Origin: the human T2T-CHM13v2.0 reference genome, Homo sapiens
Assembly (NCBI GenBank): GCA_009914755.4
Contig: CP068257.2
Location: forward strand, 7,776,001 to 7,840,000
Direction: 5' to 3'
DNA: 64,000 bases
Part shown: positions 29,690 through 51,469 of the stretch, in pieces
How the letters are laid out: each line of letters opens with the position of its first letter
Position numbering within the stretch: the stretch's first letter is position 1
Translations under genes and position numbers: made by a program
The notes under the pieces: generated by a model
Databases searched by the model: none
What the model saw: only the letters and a program-made list of their open reading frames with translations
What the model was told of the DNA's origin: nothing

Positions 29690-31330
29690 GAGAAAGAACT
29701 CCCTCCTCTCAATAGATGGTGCTGGGATAAAACGGCTAGCCAGTTGCAGAAGAAAAACAGTGGGCCCCTGTGTCTCACCATGTACAGAAATTAACGCAAG
29801 ATGAATGAAAGCTGTAAATGCAAGACCTCAAACTATTAAAAGCCTGCAAGGGAACCTAGGAAACACACTTCCTGACAGAGGATTTGGCACAGCATGGATA
29901 TGCCTAAGTCCCCAAAAGCAAGTGCAACTAAAACAATTATTGACAAGTGGGACCTAATATATAAAAGAGCTGCTGAACAGCAGAAGAAATTACCAACAGA
30001 GTAAACAGAAAGCCTATACAATGGGAGAAAATGTCCCCACATATGCATCTCATGAAGTCTGATTTCCAGGATCTACCTCAAAAATGTTAAGCAAATAAAT
30101 CAGCAAAACAAAAACTCAGTGAAGAAAGGGCAAAGGGCATGAAAACACACATCTCAAAGGAAGGTTTATAGCAACCAACGGACAGGACATTTCTCTACCT
30201 CAGTATTCATCAGAGAAATGCAAAGCAAAAGGCCCATGAGATAGTATTTCACACTGGTCAGAATGACAATTATGACACAGTCCACAAGAATGAATGCCAG
30301 CGAGGCAGAGGAGGAGAGGATGCTGGTCTGCTGTTGGTAGAAATGCAAACTAGTTCAGACACCATGGAAAACGATGTGGGGATTTCTCAAATAACTTTCT
30401 CGACATCACCAATCCTCACAAAAATGTCCACAAAAACCACACTAAGAGTCCATCTCATTCCACTCAGAATGAATACTACCAAAGACAAACAAAACACAAA
30501 TTTTTAAAGGTGACAGCCAGTGTAGACTTACAGAAGAGAAACCTCTTAAATGCTATTGGTGGGGATGTAAATTAGTATACACACTATGAAAAACAGCTAG
30601 AGGTTCCTGAAAAAATTCACAGTACAACTACCATGTCAGCTAGAAGCCCCATCACTGGTTCCACAATTAAAGCACTTGAAATCCCTAGGTTGAAGAGAGT
30701 TACCTGCCTTCCCATGGGTACTAAAGCACCCCTAACTGTGGTCAAGGTACAAAACCAACCTACCTGTCCGTACACAGCTTCAGGGATGAAGAAACTGCCA
30801 TACAGATACACCACGGAATATGTTTCAGCCATAAAGCTTTGGGAAATCCTGCCATCTGCAGCCACATGAAGAAACCTGGAGAACATCAGGTCCAACAAAT
30901 GAGCCTGGCAGAGAAAGTCCCATGCCACGTGATCTCAGACATGTAGACTGAAAAAAGCTTTATCTCCTAGAAGTAGAAAGTTCAATAGGGATTACCAGAG
31001 GCTGCTGGGGAGGTGGAGAGGGTCGGGGAAGGAATCAGTAATGGGTACAAAGTTACTCTTAGATGACAGTAATCAATTCTGGTCTTCTATTCTACAGCAG
31101 GGTGACTAGCCTTAATACAAATGTATCATATATTTCAAAGTAGCTAGAAGGAAAGATTCTGAATGTTGTTACCACTCAAAAAGTAGTAACTATGAGGTGA
31201 AGAGATGCTAAATAACTTGATTTTTTCATTACTCAACATATACATGTATCGAAATCTTCCTTGTACCCTCTACTTATATACACTTAGTGTATGGTAAATA
31301 ATGTTTTAAGAAATACAAAGAAACAATGCC
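29690..31330 (+). mobile_element. Ancient L1 (L1M-type) fragment A: ORF2 C-terminus through 3' end
   Basis: Translation gives degraded L1 ORF2 C-terminal motifs (...LLVEMQTSSDTMENDVGI...LRMNTTKDKQ...MLLVGM...TMKNS.RFLKKFTVQLP...) followed by the characteristic L1M 3' tail (...gattaccagaggctgctggggaggtggagagggtcggggaaggaa...). Confidence 0.8.
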
Positions 31331-31339
31331 AAAATTTAT

Positions 31340-33150
31340 GTGGAAATACGAAACACCCTGAATTTCTAAAGCAATCCTGAGAAATACAAACCATATGGGC
31401 TGCATCACATTCCCTGAGTTCTAATTAAACGAAAATCCCTAGTTAACCAATCCATATGTTACTGGCATACACAGAGAAACACAGACCAGTGAGCAAAATG
31501 AGAGCGCTCAATAATAAACACAAACTTACACAGAGTGAACACATTTTTCAAAACACCACCAAAACAACACAATGGGGAAGGTTTCCAAAACTAGATATCC
31601 ATATGCAAAAGAATAATACAGGACTCTTGTGGTACTAAATAATACAGGACTCTTGTGGTACCAAAAAAAACACTTTAACTCAAAAGGATTAAAGATTATT
31701 CACAAAACTTGCAACCATAAAGCTCTTATAAACACAACCTCGAGTGTGTGTATATTTAGGGAAGCTTGGATGTATGCTCACGGTTTGCAAAAAGTGTGGT
31801 ACTAAATAATACAAATAGTGTGTACTAAATAATAAAAAATATTTTTATTTTGTATTATTTTGTATTTATACTAAATAATACAAAATATATTTAGTGTACT
31901 AAATAATACAAAAAGTGTGGCACTAAATAATACAGAAATAATTCACAAAACTTGCAACCATAAAGCTCTTATAAACACAACCTCGAGTGTGTGTATATTT
32001 AGGGAAACTTGGATGTATGCTCACAGTTTGCAAAAAGTAACAAAAATACAAGGGAAAAATCACTGACAATGGACTGCTTTGGCACTGATTTTGTTTTTTC
32101 TTGATTAGTAAACAATAGCACACTAACCAAGAAATTATACACATGTGGGACCTCATCAAACTGAAGAATTTGTGCCCAAAAAAGGAAAGAACGAACAAAA
32201 TGAAAAGGCATACTAAAACTTATAAGAAAAGTTTGGGCAAACATACAGTGGATAACAGGTTACTTTTGAAAAGGCACAAGCCAGTAACACTAACAGCTGG
32301 CAAAAAAACAAAACAACAGAGAAATAACCAGACCAAAATTGGGCAAATAACCTGAGTAGATATTTGTGCAAAGAAGACAGAAAACAGATTCAACATTTAT
32401 AAAAACGTGGTTAACATTACTACTCATGAGAAAAATGTAGATAAAAACCACTCTCAGATCTTATCTCACTCCAACTAGAATGAACATCACAAAAAGATTA
32501 AAATATTTAAAAAGAAAATTCCAAGTATGAATTTCCAGAAAGGGGGACTGTTTGTGGAAATGTAAATTGGTATTAACACTATAAAAAACAGTTGGGGGTC
32601 CTGCAAACAATAGAAAAAAAAAAAGGAAATACCATACCATCTAGCAGTCCCACTACTGGCTATACATTCAACCTACCTGTTCACCCACAGATAAAGAGAT
32701 CAAGAAACTCTCATATACATACACTGGGGAATATTCTTCGGCTATCAGAATAATCAAACAGTGTCATTTAGAGCAACCCAGATGAACCTGGAAAACATTA
32801 TGTTAAATGTGATGAGCTAGGCCTAGAAAGACAAACACTGCATGATACCACTCATGTGAAATCTTAAGATGTTTATCTTAAAGAAGTAGAAAGCACAATA
32901 TTGGTTACCAGAGTCCGGGAGACAGAAGGGGAATGGAGAAGGATTGGTTATGGAAACAAAGTTATCTTAACATTAAAAGAATAAATCTGAGTGTTCTCCT
33001 CAGCCTGGTGACTGGACTTAACCGTATTACATTTTTCTAAAGAGCAAGGAGAATTTTGAATGTTCTCTTTACACAAAAATAATACCTGTATGAGGGAATA
33101 GAGATCCTAAGTACCCTGATTTGATCATTACCCAATATATATGTATAAAA
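31340..33150 (+). mobile_element. Ancient L1 (L1M-type) fragment B: ORF2 middle through 3' end; contains a ~100-bp segment duplicated 244 bp apart (31697-31797 / 31941-32038) flanking an expanded ~17-bp 'actaaataatacaaa' microrepeat
   Basis: ORF 32143-32355 [41 protein letters not shown]... = L1 ORF2 '...[29 protein letters not shown]...'; 3' tail ...ggttaccagagtccgggagacagaaggggaatggagaaggattgg... Confidence 0.8.
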
Positions 33151-34120
33151 ATGTACCCCTAATTATGGCCCTTTATGTTGTAAAAAAATTAACAGAAATA
33201 AATACATAGTGCTAAAAATCACAGGGAACCACAAAAGCAATGAATATCTAAAGGAATCTTGAGAAATACAATCAAAGTGAGAACCCATAATCCTTGATAT
33301 CAAATTAAATTGCCAAGTTGTAGTTATGCAGTAGATATATGGTACTTGCATAAAAAGAAATACCTAGAACTATGGACAAAAACAGGGAGGACAAAAACAA
33401 CACAAATATGGACACAGTCAACTGACTTTGATAAAGAACACCACAACGTGGAAGGCAGAGTCTGATCAATGAATAGCTTTGAGAAAAATGATATCCGGAT
33501 GCAAAAGCGAGAAACAGGACCCTTATTTTACACGATGGATGAAAATCAACCGCCCCCCCCATCAACTGAAGGCCAAAACAAAATACCATAAACCACAAAA
33601 TGTTTTTTAAAAAATTACTGTGTTTACTTAAGTAAAACACAGGTTGAGCATATATTTTGGGTCACTTGAATCTCTGTTAACCTTTGCAAAGAGGAAAAGA
33701 AACAAACACCCTGGAAGAAAAACCTCACTGAAAATTAAATGCTTTGTTACTGATGCATATTTTCTAATATGGGTGACCATTATGACACGCATAAAACGCA
33801 AAAAAAAAAAAAAAAATATGGGACTACATCAACGTGAAAAGTTTCTGCATAGCAAAGAAAACTACTTTCCAAATAAAAAAGCATCCCATAGATTATGCAA
33901 AAATTTCAGGCAATCATGTAATTCACGAGGAGTTGTCAACTAACGTGTACACAAAAAAGAGTACAAAGTAGAAAAAGAATCCAATCTAATATTTCGCAAA
34001 TAACCTGAAGAGACAATTCTGCACAGATATAAAATCGAACAACAGATAAGAGATAAGGTCCTCAAAATTAACTATTCAATAGAATACTGTAATTCAAAAC
34101 CACACGCAGATAGTCTCACA
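33150..34120 (+). mobile_element. Ancient L1 (L1M-type) fragment C: ORF2 central region
   Basis: ORF 33644-33943 and flanks translate to decayed L1 ORF2 reverse-transcriptase-region motifs; A-run at 33800-33816. Confidence 0.65.
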
Positions 34121-34160
34121 CTTATTGAATATTCCTAGAAAAATTTTTTAAAAATAGGAG

Positions 34161-34458
34161 GGTCTGGGAGCCGTGGCTCACGTCTGTAATCCCAGCACTT
34201 TGGGAAGCCAAGGCGGGTGGATCACCTGAGGTCACGAGTTTCAGACCAGCCTGACAAATATCGTGAAACCCCGTCTCTACTAAAAATAAAAATACAAAAA
34301 TTACCCGGGCGTGGTGGCGGGCGCCTGTAGTCCCAGCTACACAGGAGAATTGCTTGAAACCGGGAGGTGGAGGTTGCAGTGAGCCGAGATGGCGCCACTG
34401 CCCTCCAGCCTTGGAGACAGAGCGAGACTCCGTCTCAAAATAACAAAAACAAAAACAA
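34161..34458 (+). mobile_element. Alu SINE
   Basis: ggtctgggagccgtggctcacgtctgtaatcccagcactttgggaagccaaggcgggtggatcacctgaggtcacgagtttcagaccagcctgac ... gagactccgtctcaaaataacaaaaacaaaaacaaa. Confidence 0.9.
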
Positions 34459-34459
34459 A

Positions 34460-34650
34460 TTGGAATGGGGGTTTGGTTTTGGAGAAAGGGGAACTCATAC
34501 ACGGTAGGTGGAAATGAAAATTAGGGTACACACCATGGAAAACAGTTAAATAGCTGGAAACTCCTCAAAGAATTGAAACTACAGATGTCCCCTGCTCTAG
34601 CGAGGTCTCTTTCTAAAGGTCCTGAGGCATAAAAAATAACCCTAGACCCC
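34460..34650 (+). mobile_element. L1M ORF2 C-terminal fragment immediately upstream of the CpG island
   Basis: ggaactcatacacggtaggtggaaatgaaaattagggtacacaccatggaaaacagttaaatagctggaaactcctcaaagaattgaaactacagatgtcccc reads as a decayed copy of the L1 ORF2 C-terminal 'MENSMEVPQKIKNRTTI'-type region. Confidence 0.6.
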
Positions 34651-36270
34651 AGCTCAGAGGCCCGTGGGGCTCGGAGGGACCCAGTCCAGCGCTTCACCGC
34701 CGGCTCTGGGCCAGGGCGCTCCTATAGGCTGGACGTGGGTCGGACAGGGGCATAGCCTTCCCGGCGGGGGTGTGGACGCTGCCGAGGCCCGGATCCCACA
34801 ACCGCCCCAACGCTGACGACTCGGGCCCAGATGCCCACTTAGAAGTCAGGGCCCGAAAGCAGGGAGCGGCCGGGAAGGAGTAGGGAGACCCAGAGGGTTC
34901 CAGGTGGGGTTCATCCCCCTCCACTTACCGCCGAGGCCTGCCACCTCCTCCACCAACAAACGGAAGCCACCACATCTTCTCCGAGACTCGCTCTGACCAC
35001 GCCGCCGATGCTGCCCGGGCCTCGCACGAAGCGCAGTCTCGGCTTCCGTCGAGGCCTGCATGCTGGCAGCGTCCCTGGCGCCAGGCTGAAGCACCACCCC
35101 CTCTTAAAGGGGCCGCGGCTGGGACTGGGCAGAAGCAGCTTCGGGTTGCACAGGATGAGCGTCTGCCCAGCCCCAGGGGTGGACGAAAGGCCCCCAGTCT
35201 CTCATCCTCCCGGGCTCTAGGGCCCTAGAGGTCGCAGAAGCCCCTCCTGTGACCCCAGCCCCTAAATCGGCTCCCTTTGCCTGAGGAGCGCCCGGGACCT
35301 GCCCCTGCCCTCCTCGGGACCTCAGCTTCACCATCCTCAAAGAAAGCGGCCTGGCTGGAGCTCTGGGGTCCCTCAAGCTCGGCGCCTCAGGATCCAGGGT
35401 GGGCTCCCCTGCCCCTCTGCAGAGGGGGCCCAATAGCCACGGAAAGCTGGGGGCTGGAGGGACAGTCCCGAGGGCAGCAAGGCGTCCTTGGCCTCACCGT
35501 CTACATTCGTCCTGTGGGAGCCCGGGGGCGTCGCTAGGGCCCAGACTCCTGCGGCCTCACCAGGGCTGCCTGGGTCACCGGGCTCCCCAGGAGGCAGGCA
35601 GGGACCCTGGGGTCCAGCGCTGCCCCCACCTCAACTCCATTCAGCGTCAGCATCCGCGAGGGGATCCTGCGGACTGGACCCAGACCCACTCCTTCCTGGG
35701 GAGCGGGACCCGCATCGGTCTCTGTGACACCCAAGGGAGGGGCCGTGCTGACCTCTCCCGGGGATCTGGGGGCGAGGTGGGGGAATCTCGGCCACCTCTT
35801 GAAGCTCGCTGAGCCCCCCACCCCAGAGAGCGCTCAGGAGCAAAGGAAAGGACGGAGAGCCCACACATTTTCTATCTTTCATTTCCGTTTTTTCTTTTTT
35901 CCCCCCTCCAAAATGAAAGACGTGTGTAGCTTTGTCCCCTGTACACCATCCATTCCCCAGGGCCGCTGTGCGGATCCAGCCCGCTGGTTGCCTCTAGAGT
36001 CCTGGGCGCCCGGCGGTCCGCATGCAGCCCGGGGCCTGCCCAGGTGAGGTCTGCGGCCGCCACAGCGCTGAGGTCCCGCTTGGCCGGGGCGCACGGGCCG
36101 CTGGGGATGCTGGCTGCGAGGCTCCGGGGAGGTGGAGCGGGAGGTTGTCCCAGGCCCTGGCTGCAGAGCTCTTGATGTCACGCCTGACACCCTCCATCCA
36201 CCGCCTCGGGGCAGCGCTTCAGAGCCCCGGCAGAGGCAAGAAGTCGATCACTTCGTTCTTCATTCGTTGG
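34650..36270. promoter_or_regulatory. CpG island (~1.6 kb; very high GC and CpG density); candidate orphan promoter / first exon of an unidentified transcript
   Basis: Direct reading: dense CpGs (e.g. ccgccggctctgggccagggcgctcc...gcccggatcccacaaccgccccaacgctgacgactcgggc...); many overlapping spurious ORFs on both strands (typical of GC-rich DNA); a candidate donor ATGcagcccggggcctgcccag|gtgaggtc at ~36022-36050; no protein homology recognised. Confidence 0.6.
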
Positions 36271-36569
36271 AAAAATGGAAAAGCACATTATAATCCCTGG
36301 AACAACCACTTCAGAGAAAGAGCAAAAAATTAAAATAGGATTGTAAATGACACACTGAAATAAGTTGATTTTAAAAATGGTAGTCAATGGAAAAACAGGA
36401 TCAGAAGACAGGAGAGACAGGGAAAACAAATAAGTTATCTGACTGAAACAGAATTAGAAACTAACAACAGTAAGAAATATTGGACATCTGAAAATATGTG
36501 AAAATTTAACAACCCACCTCTAAATCATTGGATCAAAAAAAATCACAAGATAAATTGGAAAATATTTTG

Positions 36570-36630
36570 AGCTGCACTCCAGTTTGGGTAACAGACTGAG
36601 ACCTTGTTTCTAAGAAAACAAAACAAACTT
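36570..36630 (+). mobile_element. Alu 3'-end fragment
   Basis: gagctgcactccagtttgggtaacagactgagaccttgtttctaagaaaacaaaacaaa. Confidence 0.6.
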
Positions 36631-38234
36631 CAAAAAGCTATAAAATTAAATGCCAACTTTCCCCTTTACCCAAACTATCCGTGGCTCTCCTTTGCCCTCA
36701 GAGTCAAGCCCATGCTTCTCACTGTGGGCTCCAGGACCTAGGTGGCCTGACCAATGCACACCCTATCACGATCTCCTCCTCTGCCCACTTGCTCACGCTG
36801 TCCAGTCACACACACTCTTTATTTTTGCAAATGCCAAGCTCCTGATCACCGCTGGGCCTTTGCCACTGCAGTTCCGCCTGCCAGGACCAGTCTTTCCCTA
36901 GACCTTCCCATTCCTGCCTCTTCCTGGCTTGGCTGCCTCTTTCTGGTGCTTCAGGTCTCAGATCAAATGTCACCTCTTCAGAGAGGACTTCATTGAAATC
37001 TCTGCCTAACACAGCCCGTATCAAGGTCAACACTTTTCTCTTTTTAGACTTAGGTTTTGATATAAAGAAGTTTCATAAAAATGACTTGGGCAGCTATCAT
37101 CTGTTTAAAAGGTCTGACTTTGTTGAAATAATTTGGGCTTTCCTGTTCTTTGAGTTTTGATAAAACAACTGTAAAACCATCTGCCTTTTTAAAAAAAATT
37201 GAGATTGATGTATACTTTCTGTTATTACTATTTTTTTACATTCTGTCTCCCAGGCTGGAACACAGTTGCTCGTAGCTCATTGCAGCCTCAAATTACCTTG
37301 CCTTTGTAACAGTAGGTCCTCAGTCACCTTTCTCATCTACAGATGTTGGTTTACTTAAGCTTTCTAATTACTTGGAGGTCAGCTTAGCTCAGTGGTTAGC
37401 ACAAGTTGCTAATAAATGCTCGAGTATGAGGGTGCAAAGAAAGGGGTAGGGAGGTGCAAGACCCTTGGCTTCAAATGCCCAGTCCCCTACTCATCTGCTC
37501 AGGCCCCTGTCTAGCCTCTGTATCTAAGCCAAACTACATGCCTCCTCCCCTGAGAAGCCCTCTTGGATTTCTCCTGTCCCGTCTTCCCTGCTCTATCCTC
37601 GGGTGAGTGGATCCATCCATCTGCCTCTGTGCTGGGCAGATGCCACTGCTCTCTGCTTTCTGGCTGGACGAGGCAAGGGGGAAGTTGTGTGTGTAGAAGT
37701 CCCCCTAAACCTTGGCCTTTGCCTCATGCCTGGCACATTCAACCTTTGCTGACACCTCCACAGAAATACCAACCTCACCAACATCTGCAGAATGGGCCAC
37801 CAGGGTCTGTCTGGAGCTTGGGTGGGATTTTCACTTGACTACAAATACACACACATACACCCTAGGCTTCCAGGTCTGCATTCTTGGCTGACTCTTCACA
37901 CTTGAGTCCAAGACAGGTCAATGGTTAGTGGCTGGATTTGCAAGCATGTGTGTTTTTGGGCAGGATATCAGCTGGGGCAGTCTGAGAGGAAGCTGTCAAG
38001 GGAAGCTAAAGAGGAGGGAGTCAGTCACGTCTCTCTTCACCTGTTGCACTCTCTAAATTTTACTGTCCACTCCTAGGCCTGATCTAGAGGGCTGTCTAGT
38101 CTAGGGGAGACAAAGTTGGATGTATCTACTGCCAGCCCCATGGGGTCAGAACTACAGGGGAAGGTTGGGGACTGTGGGATTCCAGAGGAACAACAGGGAG
38201 GGCTTCTTGGAGGAATGCTTTTTCTTGAGCTGAG

Positions 38235-38495
38235 TTTTTTTTTCTCTGTAGCTCAGTCTGAAATGCAGTGGCACAATCACTGCTCACTGCAGCCTTGACC
38301 TTCCGTGCTCAATTGATCCTCCTACTTCAGGGTGGGACTACAGGCACATGCCACCACACACAGCTAATTTTTGTATTTTTTGTAGAGATGGGGTTACATC
38401 AGGTTGTTCAGGCTGGTCTCAAACTCCTGGGTTCAAGTAATCCTCCTGTCTTGGCCTCTCAGAGTGCTGGAATTGCAGGCATGAACCACCTCATC
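38235..38495 (-). mobile_element. Alu SINE with TSD gagctgagtt
   Basis: poly-T 38235-38243 + ctctgtagctcagtctgaaatgcagtggcacaatcactgctcactgcagcc ... gcaggcatgaaccacctcatc; gagctgagtt before (38225-38234) and after (38501-38510). Confidence 0.9.
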
Positions 38496-40523
38496 TGACC
38501 TGAGCTGAGTTCTGAAGTGTGAATAGGAGTTGGCTAGGTGAAGAAGGGAAAAAAGGACCTTCTAGACAGAAATATTTGTCAAAGATAGAGAGAAGTAGGC
38601 AGGAGCTGATTAGGGCAAGGTGTTTGAATGTCAGGCTGGATGCAGAAATTTTCTCACAAGGCCAATGTGGAACCATGGAGAATGTGTAAGCAAGGGAGGC
38701 CATGATTAGAGCTTGATCTCTCAGGGGCAGAGTGGGGGACAGCTTGGTTCTTCGGTGATGGGATCAGGAGAGTTCCGGTGTCATGGGGGGTCAGGAGAGT
38801 TAAGCCCTGCATCAACTCATCTGCACCTGTCACCTCGCACCAGAGTTGGTGGGGGACCTCCTGATGTTCTGGAGGGCCAAATAAGCCGTGGGATCCAGTG
38901 ACTTACAGTGTGAGGTACAGACCAGCACAGAGAGGGTACCGCCCCAGGCTCTGCTCAGATGGACACAGCCCTGACCTCATCTCCATCCTCCTGCCATCTC
39001 CACCCCAGCCCTGATAGTCCTGCTTTCCATGGTAGCCATGAGCTGCATGTTAAAATGATAAATCAGCCCCATCCCTTCTCTCCTCAAAACCCTCTCATAG
39101 CTCGTCTTTGCTCTTAGACTAAAACCCAGAGCCTCCTGCAGCTCAGAAGGCCCAGTGTGGCCCAGCCTCTGTGGCCTCTTGCCCTCCCCACCCACTCCAA
39201 CCTCACTGCTGTTTCTCTCCCCCTTGGGATCCTTGTACCTGCTGTTTCTTCTGCATGGAATTCACTTCCTGTCTCAGCTCTAGGACATCAGTCCAGAAAG
39301 GCCCCCAACTTCCTGCCTCTCGGGGTTTCCCTGTCACGTGACCTCTGCACTAGCCATAGTGTCCCTATAACTAAAATTGAGACAGATTGAGAAAGGGCTT
39401 AGTTGAGCCTTCTATGCTCAAGAGACTCAGGCCCAAGATCAGCCCCAGTCCCTGCTCTCATGAGACCACATGCATAGGGGTCATTTGGGGGATTATCTTG
39501 GCACTGGGTCCTGTGGGTTGGTGTCACCTCCAGCCTCCAGGGACTCATCCTAGCCATGGGAATGTGTCCAATTCCTGCCCAGGATTAAAATTAGCCCTGG
39601 AGATTACATTTAGTAAGTCAAGCTGGAGGTCAGGGGCTGGAGCCCACAGCCTGGGCTCTGCAGAGCTGTGGCGGCTCAGAAACTCAGCCCAGAGAACATG
39701 GAGGTATGCTTAGGGTCACACAGTGGGCCACAAGTGCCACCTGAGATGTCAGATACTTGTGGGCCTGGGACACCTGGATGATGAAGGGTCCAGCATGGGC
39801 TGGAGCAGTGCCAGGGGTTGGGGTTCTGAGAAGCATCTGTGGCCACTCCCAGAGAATGACCTGAATTTCCTGAGAGTTTGTTGCCAGGCCTTGTGGTGGG
39901 AGCTTGGCATTTCATGCCTGCCATAGAGGTCTGTTACCTGTCCCATTCACAGAACAGCACATAGAGGCCTAGAAATCAGCCTCCTATGCTGAGAACCACC
40001 TCAAGGGTCATAGAAGAGGCTGGGACCCAAGCATAGGCCCATGTGACTCTGGGGAGTCACTCATCTGAAGCCTCAAGTCATCTGTGACATGGCAGAGGCC
40101 GGGAGGTGGAGTGTATTCACACGGTTGGCAGAGTGGGGATGTCCCCTGGGGGTCTCAGGGGCCTGGGATGGCATGCCTGCTGCGGAACGGGCAACATGAT
40201 TTCTTTCTATGGAGGAACCTTGCATGGGGGTGCCAGAGAAAGCCTTGTCCCTGCCGTGGCCCAGCAGCCTCCTGCTTCTGAGACCCCCACCGGGGGATCC
40301 AAGATTCCTTGAGGTGGGGTCCAGGGTTTCTCCTGAGTCACCAAGTGGACCCCTGGACCTAAACTCTGGTCTGAGGGCTCCAAGCCAGAGTCTTTCCAGG
40401 GAATCCCTGTACTCTCCCACTGGAACAGGGTGGGTTTCCATCATTCTCTTTTCAAAAACAAAAAAAAAATTAGCAGAAATAATTCACTGGTGGTTGGGGG
40501 GAATTGGAAGATTGAGATAATCA

Positions 40524-48153
<7,630 letters not shown>

Positions 48154-49699
48154 TGTTTTTTTTTTTTTTTTTTTTTTTTTTTTTCTGATTTCAACTTGAC
48201 AGCAGAACTCAACCATGCTGATGGTGCAGATGCATGTTGGTGGGAACTTTTCATTGTTTGATTCTGACATTTATGATAAATGGATTCACTTACTAAAGTT
48301 TTGTAGAGAGAGTCATAACCATTTAATCACCTAGATGATATTTCCTTTATAAAATCAAACATATCTGGTGGTTTTAGAGCAATATTTTTTACCTCAGTCA
48401 CTTGTGTTTATTAGACAAGAATACTAAGTGTCAAGATGTTTGCATTGCCTTTCATATTTTTATTTAGGGGACAGTGTAATGATAAATGACTTTGAATATA
48501 TAACCAGACACACCTTCATCCCCCCACCAAATCTGTGCTAATTTACTGTTTTTTATATTTCATGCATGAAGCTAAATTGTTTTTACCCATGGATTACAGC
48601 AAAATGATGCAATGATACCTGAATCCTGGCCAAATAACATGAAATGGCAACTGCAAAATTGTTCTGCAAAATTTTACAAGGTATTATGGTATTGAGGATA
48701 TCCCAAGAAAACTTGAGAGGCATTATCTTTCTCATTGGAGACTGACATTCCTGTATCAAGTAAAGTCTCAGGAAAAAGAACCACATGTGACTATTTTAAT
48801 GCAACCTCTTGGTTGAAATAAAATGACTAAAAGCAGTGTTTATCTTGTTGATAACTGAGAGGCAAATGTTAAAAATTTTGTTCTGAGATGAAGAGAGTTC
48901 ACATGATAAGTCTCTGGGATGTGAACTAAACTGGGAAAGCACCAGGACCATTTCTGAGACATACAGTTAATTAGGGTTTGGATAAACAGAATAATGTTCC
49001 CCACTCCCTAAAAAAGATATTTACATCCAAGTTCTTAGATACTGGAAATATATTACAATTCATGGCAAAGAGAATATAAGGTTGCAAATGGGATCAAAAT
49101 TGCTGATATGCTGATGAAAAATAGGAAGACTATTATGAATTATCATGGTGGGCCCAGTAGAATCATAAGCATCAAAAACCATGGAAGAGTGAAGAATAAA
49201 CCGTATCAAAGTGATAGATCATGAGAAAGACTCAATTGGATATATTTTTAATTGTTTGCTTTAGTGAGTTTTTCCACTTTAGCATACATTTTATTCAATT
49301 CAACTCTGCAAATGTGATTCATTTTATATGCCTGTCACTGAATTGGGTGTTAAAAATAAAATGAGAGAACACAAAATAACAAAAATTGATTTCTAAAGAT
49401 GGAGGGCAAAGGGCATTAAGAATATAGATAGTGTGCACCCTATACAGGCATGATTGTAAATGTATTCATTATATATAGAGAGTAATAATTATATATATAT
49501 ATGTATATAATTATTTGGCTTAGAAAAGAGTGCAGGGGGTACATTATCAAGAATTTAGCATCAAGGTTAATCAAGAATAAGTGAGTAAAATAAAAATAAT
49601 AATGATGGTAATAATTTCAAACACTGAAGAAAGAACATTGATGATATGAAGTCATTTTTTTTCAGATCTACAAAATAGGTTTCTTCTATGCCATTAGGA

Positions 49700-50961
<1,262 letters not shown>

Positions 50962-51469
50962 TAAAATATTCTAAAAATTATTTCTTTGTAATCAATTAAA
51001 TTATACAAAAAGCACATAATTTTCTTTCTGATTTAAATAAAACATGTGAATTGTACTTTTATAATATCTCAATATCTTTTAATTTTTTGGTGCCAAGAAC
51101 TGTGTGCTTTCCTCAGTTCAATGTCCACTATGATTTTGTATTCTCAAGGTCTGTCTCTCACCCCTTCATTTTAATTTTACCTTTATACAGGAAAATGTTA
51201 TTTTCTTCTTGAGTACACTCTTATGCGGCTCCTATTGGCAAGCAAATCTCTTAGTTTTAATTTTTGAAATTATTTTAATTTTTCTTATTTATTGAAGATA
51301 TTTAGCTATATTCAAATTCTAGCTTGAATAAAAAAATTTTTAAGCATAATTTTAAAATTTGTTTTTAATTGAAAATAACATTGTGTAAGTTTATTATGTA
51401 TGTTTTGAATTACATATAGATTATAAAATGATTAAATCTAGCTAATTAACAAATGCATGATCTAAAAGT

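Noticed and set aside
34694-36429. Dozens of overlapping 60-140 aa ORFs on both strands in the GC-rich segment (e.g. 35399-35812, 35104-35433, 36022-36333)
   Set aside because: This is typical stop-codon depletion in GC-rich CpG-island DNA. The frames overlap on both strands, have Pro/Gly/Arg/Ala-rich low-complexity translations and match no protein family.
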